DNA of 60,251 nt from Reclinomonas americana ATCC 50394 (taxonomy: Eukaryota). The stretch is from assembly GCA_048213135.1 (NCBI GenBank), contig PS015020.1, positions 636,055 through 696,305 of the forward strand. Reading direction: 5' to 3'. The notes beneath the pieces are model-generated. The model saw only the letters and a list, made by a program, of their open reading frames with translations. It did no database searches and had not been told where the DNA came from. Position 1 is the first letter of the stretch; every line of letters begins with the position of its first letter. Below, one piece after another: positions 53,662-60,251 of this stretch. The translations under genes and the position numbers were made by a program.

Positions 53662-56024
53662 TCAGTGCTTGAGGAAGCGAATGCCAATGTAGGCCAGCAG
53701 GCGCATGAATATGATCAAGGCGATGAGTGCACCGATGCAGCCGCCGATGGAGATGTAGTCGAGTCCGAGCGTTGCAATGGTCTGATTACCGGAGGTGATT
53801 GGACATGCGCCGTCCACCAGTTCCGCAGAGGTGCACACCAGTGGGAGGTCGCGCAGTTCGTTGAGTGAAGCGCCTACGTATGAATATCTGCAGCGGGTGT
53901 TGGTGGATGAATTCGCATGAGGGACTGAAGAGGAGGTGGTTGCGCAACTTGAACAGGCTCAACGCGTCAAGCCACGAAAAGTACTTGGGTAGCATGGCCG
54001 GCGACAGGAAGAAGCCACCAAACAGGCGACTGATCTGCGCCACACGAAATGCTGCGGTGAGAATGCTTCTCATGACGCGAAGGGGCTGACAATGACAAAC
54101 CTCGAAATACATTGGCAGCACGATCATCGACACCGATGTCGTGCGGCACAGCGCCGAGACGGTGAGGGCCAGTGAGGTGGCGGCCAGCGAGCACAGGATC
54201 ATAAACAGCATGAAGAGGAAGAAGTGGTCGGCACCCGCACGCAGGCCCGCCATGAAATACACAATGATGCTAAAGGTGACCTGCAAGGGACGATTTTGAG
54301 AAGAGCACGAATCTCCTCCCTCCTCCTACCCTGCGCGTCACCACTCACCGGCGTAAACACCTGTATCACCAGCTCGGCCGACATCTTGGCGCAATAGTAC
54401 GTCGACGCCTTGTAGGTACCGGCCAAGCGCTCCCGCAACGAAAGCACACGCTCGGCGGGGAACGAGTTGACGACAGCCAGCGAGGCCGACAGGCCCTGGT
54501 TGATGCAGCAGAAGAAGAGGAGCGAGCTGCGGCGCTTGATGCTCGCCTGCGTGTTGCCAATGTGGAAAAATACGCCGCCGATCAGCGCCGCCAGCAGCAT
54601 GTTCTGGCCCCAGGCCACCAGCAGCGTACATCGCATGCGCCACTGCTCGCGTGCACACCGGTGAAAGAGCGTCGAGAACTGTCGCCACCAGGTGGTGCGT
54701 TGGGCCTTCTTTGGACAAGCGGTCTCTGCTGCTGTTGTATCACTGGTGCTCGGCGACTCCACGTCGCACGCCACCACCGCCTGCATCGGCATCGATGGCG
54801 GCCACTTGCTCTTGCTCACGCCGCCGTCGTCATCGTCCACCGAATCGACTGCGCCCACCGACAGATCCACGTCGGGGAGCACGAGCAGACTGCGCAGTCG
54901 GGCCTCATTGTCGGCGGCCACACGCCGCGCCGCGACTGCATCCGTCTGCAGCAGCTCCGGGTCCGGCGAGATGACGTCCATCAGGTGATCGGCCGGATTG
55001 CAAAATGGCGGCAGGGGGAAGCCGGCGTGCGCGTAGTAGGTCATGGCCTCGCTGGCGGGGCCCTGGTACACGGTCTCGCCGTGATTGAGCAAGATGACCG
55101 TGTCTGGTGCGAGAAACAAGTGAGTGAGACCAACAAAACGGGGACAAGAGACAAAGAACAAACAAGCAGGCACGCACCAAACATCTCAAATATTCTGGCC
55201 TGCGGCTGGTGAATGGAGATGAGCACCGTGCAGATGCGCTGATCGGCCAGCTGCTTGAGGTAGGCGCACACGGAGAGCGCCGTCGACGAATCGAGTCCCG
55301 ACGTCGGCTCGTCAATGAATAGTATCGTCGGGCAGCACAGCAACTCCATCGCCACGCACAGGCGCTTCCGCTCACCGCCAGAGATGCCTTTACGCAACGC
55401 GCCGCCGACAATCGTGTGGCGCGTGTCTGACAGGCCCATCTGCTTGAGAACGGCACTGACACGGCGCCGCAACTCGTCTGCCGAAATGGACCCGGCGAGA
55501 CGCAGACGCGCCGTGTAGTACAGCGTCTCCTCCACCGTGAGGTTGCCGTTGAGCAGATCCTGCTGCATGACGTAGCCGCCAGCCACCTTCAAGTCGGCCA
55601 GCGAGTACCGCTCGCCATTCAGCCGCATCTCGCCCTCACAGGCCATGTGCCGATCCAGCCGACACGCCAGCGTCGACAACAGCATGCTCTTGCCGGAGCC
55701 ACTGGGCCCGAGAATCGCCGCAAAGCCGCCACACAGCTGACACGAGCTGTTGTCGACGAGAACCTTGCGCTTCTTCGCGTGCTTGCGCGACAGTGCGTAC
55801 ACGGTCAAGTTCCTCCAGGAGAGCACACACGGGGAGGAGCGTTGCAGCTCGGCGAGAGGAGGCACCGCAAACTCGTCGGGGAGCGACTCGGTCGCCGTCA
55901 CTGCCAAGGCCTCTGCGGGCTCCACCACCGAGTCACCGACCACGCGAGATCCCGAGCGCACGTCCACTCCGCGACACAGTTCCAGTGGAAGCACCACCAG
56001 TGAGGCAGAGTGTGCGCGACTCAT
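53662..56024 (-). CDS. ABCG (White-like) half-transporter, tandem paralogue 2
   Basis: Same NBD and TMD motifs and matching intron positions as paralogue 1; ends FLKH*. Confidence 0.95.
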
Positions 56025-56657
56025 GCGGACGAGGATCGTTTGGTGCGTGCGCCTCTCACGCGCGCTCAAAAGTCACGTGTATTCCCAATGTGGAAGACCA
56101 GTGGCGCGCGTCCATGATGGCAAGTACATGGTGGAGATAGGAGCTCTCTGTCTCTGCAGAGCGCGCGCGCGAGTGTTCGTTGCAAAAGAGAGAGAGTCTT
56201 GAAAAGAGATGACTGAGTGCATCAGTGTCAGTGTGTGTGTCAGCAGTGGGTGGGTGCGCGCGCCCAACACGGGAAGTGGGAGGTGTGTGCGGAAAGGGAG
56301 GTGCGCGCCCGAACGGAGGGTGTCATGGCGTGGGTGACAGAAGAATCAAACGATGAGAGGTTGACTTCACAGGCTTCTTTGTTTTTCCGTGACAGGGCGA
56401 CGGAGAGAGGAGGGTATGTGGTGGGAGTACATGCAGGTCTGTGAGGAACTATCGCCACACAGGCAAGGTTCAGGAGAGTCCATCGACTTCGTTGTCTTGC
56501 TTTCTTGACTTCCCGATAAGTCGACGTTGAGAGGAGGGGGAGTGTCCGTGAGGGAACAGCCTCTGCTGATGTTGTTGCCAAACCGGCGAGGTTCAAGAGA
56601 CCTCCCACAAAACAGGGTGATGAAAAAAGCAAGAAGCGATACCGGGGGGAAAGGGGG

Positions 56658-58719
56658 TTACATTCTGAGGTGGGGAGGCGCAGTGCGTCGAATCCTCTTC
56701 TCTTCTCTCTTCCTTCCCTCTTCGCGCGACGCGGATTAATCGCTGTGTGTGGAAGACAGAAAAAAGTGAGCAGCAGACCGGGCGCCAAAGTCCCACTGGA
56801 GCATGGGGGAGGAGTACGCACTCATCGTCATCCAGGTCGAGGTGCTGTTTGAGCGCCCACTCGGCAAACTCGTCAAAGAGAATAAAGCCACCTGCAGATG
56901 GGAGAGAAACGGTGAGGCGCGCGGCGCGCACGAGAAGAAAACAGGCACCTGAAACCGAGAGTTAGCTCACCGCCGTTGGTGTCGATCTCCTTGAAGACGG
57001 CGTCGGCCGATTTGGTGGCGTGGTATCCCCAGGCATACAGCTGCGGCATGGCAGCGCGCAGCTCGTCGGGAGCGATTCTGTGTGTTGGGATTGGATGAGG
57101 GAACGCAGCCAGAGAGGAGACGGGCGGGAGAGAGAAAGAGAGAGAAGGGGGAGAGGGAGGAGGGAGGAGGGAGAGAAAGAGAGGCAGTACATACCGTCGA
57201 TCGTGCGACGTGTCCATGCGAGCAAACATTTGGTACAGCTGTGAGAGTGGAAGTGAGCGACATTTCACAGATACAAAGCATGCACAAAACCACGCACGCG
57301 CACATGGGCATACACGGGTTCACTCTCTGTTTCTCTCAGATGCACAAGCGGACATACACATATTCGCCACTCACTACACTCACACATGCATACACGCGCA
57401 CATATGCACCAGCGAACACACGCGGACGCGAAGACGCACACAATGCACTCGCACAAACACACACACGCGCGCGCACGGGCACACATGGTTTCACTCGCTT
57501 CCTCTCTCTCATACACCAGCGAACACACGCGGATACAAAACGCACTCACAACCCCCGCTCACTGCACTCGCGCGTACACACGCACACATGGACCCACACG
57601 GGTTCGCTCACTGTCTCTCTCACACACACATGTACAACCGAAGACGCACATACACACAATCCCCGCTCACTGGACTCGCACGTACACAATCGCGCACATG
57701 GGCTTAATAAGTCACTCGTATTCTCTGTCACATGCACAAGCGGAGGTACGTACAAACAAAGACACACACAATCCCCGCTCACTGGACTCGCACGTACACA
57801 AGCGCGCACATGGGCTTAATAAATCACTCGTATTCTCTGTCACACATGTACCAGCGAATCACACATGGCACACAAGCACGCACAAAGCTGCACATACTCA
57901 CGTTCTCCTCTCACTGCACATGTGTGTGCACACACACATACATGCAGATAGAAATACACAAGCATATACGATCTCTCTCTCTCTCTCTCTCTCTTTAACA
58001 CACCTCAAAATACTCGCGCAGGTAGCGCAGCAGCAGAGCAAACTCCACACGCTGCACGTAGTCGTCACCGCGACGGCTCTTGCCACGGTACGCAGCCTTG
58101 GCGGCCTGTGCACGAGACAATAAAAGACGAGTCGCCAACCAAAACAATGGGATGTACAATCACGCCGCGGACATGCCTGGAAAGCGCGCATAATGGCCGG
58201 CTTGCAGTCGAACAGCATGTCCAGGCGCAGAATGTCGCGGATGCCCTTGTCTGGAGTTGGGGAAGAAAGGGGAAGTGAGGAGGAATGAGGGGAAAGGGGA
58301 ATGAAGTGCTTCTATCGGAAAGGCCGCACAGGGAAAGAGAGAGAGGGCGTGACGCACAAGGAGACACACACAGAGAAAAGTGTCGTCTTGCCGATCTGTT
58401 CTCTCCTACTCCTGCTTCCCACATGCTCTCTCACTCATATCACGCAAGCTCCCTGGTAGAGCCATCTGTGTGTGTGAAGGAGAGACAGAGATGCAGCATG
58501 AGATCTGCGCAAGCTCTTGCTTCCCACGTACATTCGCACTCTCACTCATGACACGACAGCCCGCGAACAGACGTGCGTGTGTGTGTGTGTGTGTGTATGT
58601 GTAGAGAGAGAAACAGTGAAGCAGAGTGAGATCTTCGCATCAGTTGTCTCAAAATCTGCTTCCCACGTGCATTCTCACTCTCACTCACGACACGTTGGTC
58701 CTCGAACAGATGTGCGTGC

Positions 58720-58793
<74 letters not shown>

Positions 58794-59443
58794 NNNNNNN
58801 NNNNNNNNNNNNNNNNNNNNNNNNNNNNNNNNNNNNNNNNNNNNNNNNNNNNNNNNNNNNNNNNNNNNNNNNNNNNNNNNNNNNNNNNNNNNNNNNNNNN
58901 NNNNNNNNNNNNNNNNNNNNNNNNNNNNNNNNNNNNNNNNNNNNNNNNNNNNNNNNNNNNNNNNNNNNNNNNNNNNNNNNNNNNNNNNNNNNNNNNNNNN
59001 NNNNNNNNNNNNNNNNNNNNNNNNNNNNNNNNNNNNNNNNNNNNNNNNNNNNNNNNNNNNNNNNNNNNNNNNNNNNNNNNNNNNNNNNNNNNNNNNNNNN
59101 NNNNNNNNNNNNNNNNNNNNNNNNNNNNNNNNNNNNNNNNNNNNNNNNNNNNNNNNNNNNNNNNNNNNNNNNNNNNNNNNNNNNNNNNNNNNNNNNNNNN
59201 NNNNNNNNNNNNNNNNNNNNNNNNNNNNNNNNNNNNNNNNNNNNNNNNNNNNNNNNNNNNNNNNNNNNNNNNNNNNNNNNNNNNNNNNNNNNNNNNNNNN
59301 NNNNNNNNNNNNNNNNNNNNNNNNNNNNNNNNNNNNNNNNNNNNNNNNNNNNNNNNNNNNNNNNNNNNNNNNNNNNNNNNNNNNNNNNNNNNNNNNNNNN
59401 NNNNNNNNNNNNNNNNNNNNNNNNNNNNNNNNNNNNNNNNNNN

Positions 59444-59481
<38 letters not shown>

Positions 59482-59592
59482 GAGAGAGAGGCAGAGAGAG
59501 AAACACAGAGATCGATCTTCGCATCTCTTGTCTCCTCTTGCTTCCCACATACACTCTCACTCTCACGCATGACACGCGAGCCCTCGAGCAGA

Positions 59593-59649
<57 letters not shown>

Positions 59650-59742
59650 AAGTAAGTGATCTTCTCATCTGTTGTCTCCTTCTCTTGCTTCCTACGCGCT
59701 GTCACTCCTCCTCATGACACGCTGGGTCTCTACCACAGCGCC

Positions 59743-59783
<41 letters not shown>

Positions 59784-59966
59784 TGTGGGTGTGTGTACAT
59801 ATGCGTGTATACGTGTGTGTGAATCCTTGTCTCTCTCTCTCGCTCTCTCACTCACCGACTTCAGCCAACGACAACAAGCCATTCCCATTGGGATCAAACA
59901 GATCAAACAGGCGCGCGCGCTTGGCCTTATCCGCAGCACTGCGACCGCAAGGCAATGCCTCACGAA
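56658..59966 (-). CDS. Flagellar calcium-binding protein (FCaBP/calflagin-like EF-hand protein); 5' end beyond the window
   Basis: EALPCGRSAADKAKRARLFDLFDPNGNGLLSLAEVDKGIRDIL, KPAIMRAFQA, DDYVQRVEFALLLRYLREYFELYQMFARMDTSHDRRI, AVFKEIDTNGGGFILFDEFAEWAL. Confidence 0.88.
57290..57860. repeat. Degenerate minisatellite of about 110 bp in an FCaBP intron
   Basis: cacaatccccgctcactggactcgcacgtacaca...cacatgggcttaataa at about 57655 and 57767, with related copies upstream. Confidence 0.8.
58380..59720. repeat. Repeat of about 125-140 bp with a (GT)n/(GA)n tail, several copies on both sides of gap 58794-59443
   Basis: gcttcccac...ctctcactca..gacacg...cga.caga.gtgcgtgtgtg recurs at about 58413, 58519, 58658 and 59540. 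Confidence 0.75.
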
Positions 59967-60092
59967 CTGCCAAAATAAACAAACAAACAATCAATGAGAG
60001 ATTGCGTAAACAGCACTGAATGTGTGTGTCTCTCTCTCTCTCTGACTATCAGTTGCGTGTGTCTGCGCTTGTCTCTCTCTGTCAGTTCGTCT

Positions 60093-60134
<42 letters not shown>

Positions 60135-60218
60135 TCAGTCTGTCTCTGACTCTGTTGTGTGTGTCTGCGCTTGTCTCTCTCTGTCAGTTCGTCTCAGTAT
60201 TTTTCTCTCTCTTCTCTT

Positions 60219-60251
<33 letters not shown>

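Overview
Gene-dense, intron-rich eukaryotic (protist) genomic DNA with many (CT)n/(GT)n microsatellites and five N gaps. I modelled 18 spliced protein-coding genes by hand from conserved motifs and GT-AG junctions: ankyrin-GAF-degenerate Fic protein (+), ZW10-like (-), two tandem SAP/acidic/basic/CaaX paralogues (-), acetoacetyl-CoA synthetase (-), alpha-tubulin (+), USP25/28-like deubiquitinase (+), CNG-type channel (+), a large secreted lipid-transfer-like protein (-), a DUF5765-like membrane protein, a styrene-oxide-isomerase-like membrane protein and a secreted esterase (+), a class V PLP enzyme ending AKL, a divergent CFIm25, a WD40 protein, two tandem ABCG half-transporters and a flagellar calcium-binding protein (-). 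The alpha-tubulin GVEDDAF motif and FCaBP suggest a flagellated Discoba lineage, possibly a jakobid (inference only). Two observations stand out. First, a frequent class of 5' splice donors has an extra T at +3 (GTTGCG, GTTGAG, GTTACG). Second, a duplicated SAP-domain protein ends in a lamin-type CaaX box (CSIM/CSVM) and is a candidate chromatin-to-nuclear-envelope tether. All family assignments come from motif recognition, not database searches, and no exon model has transcript support.
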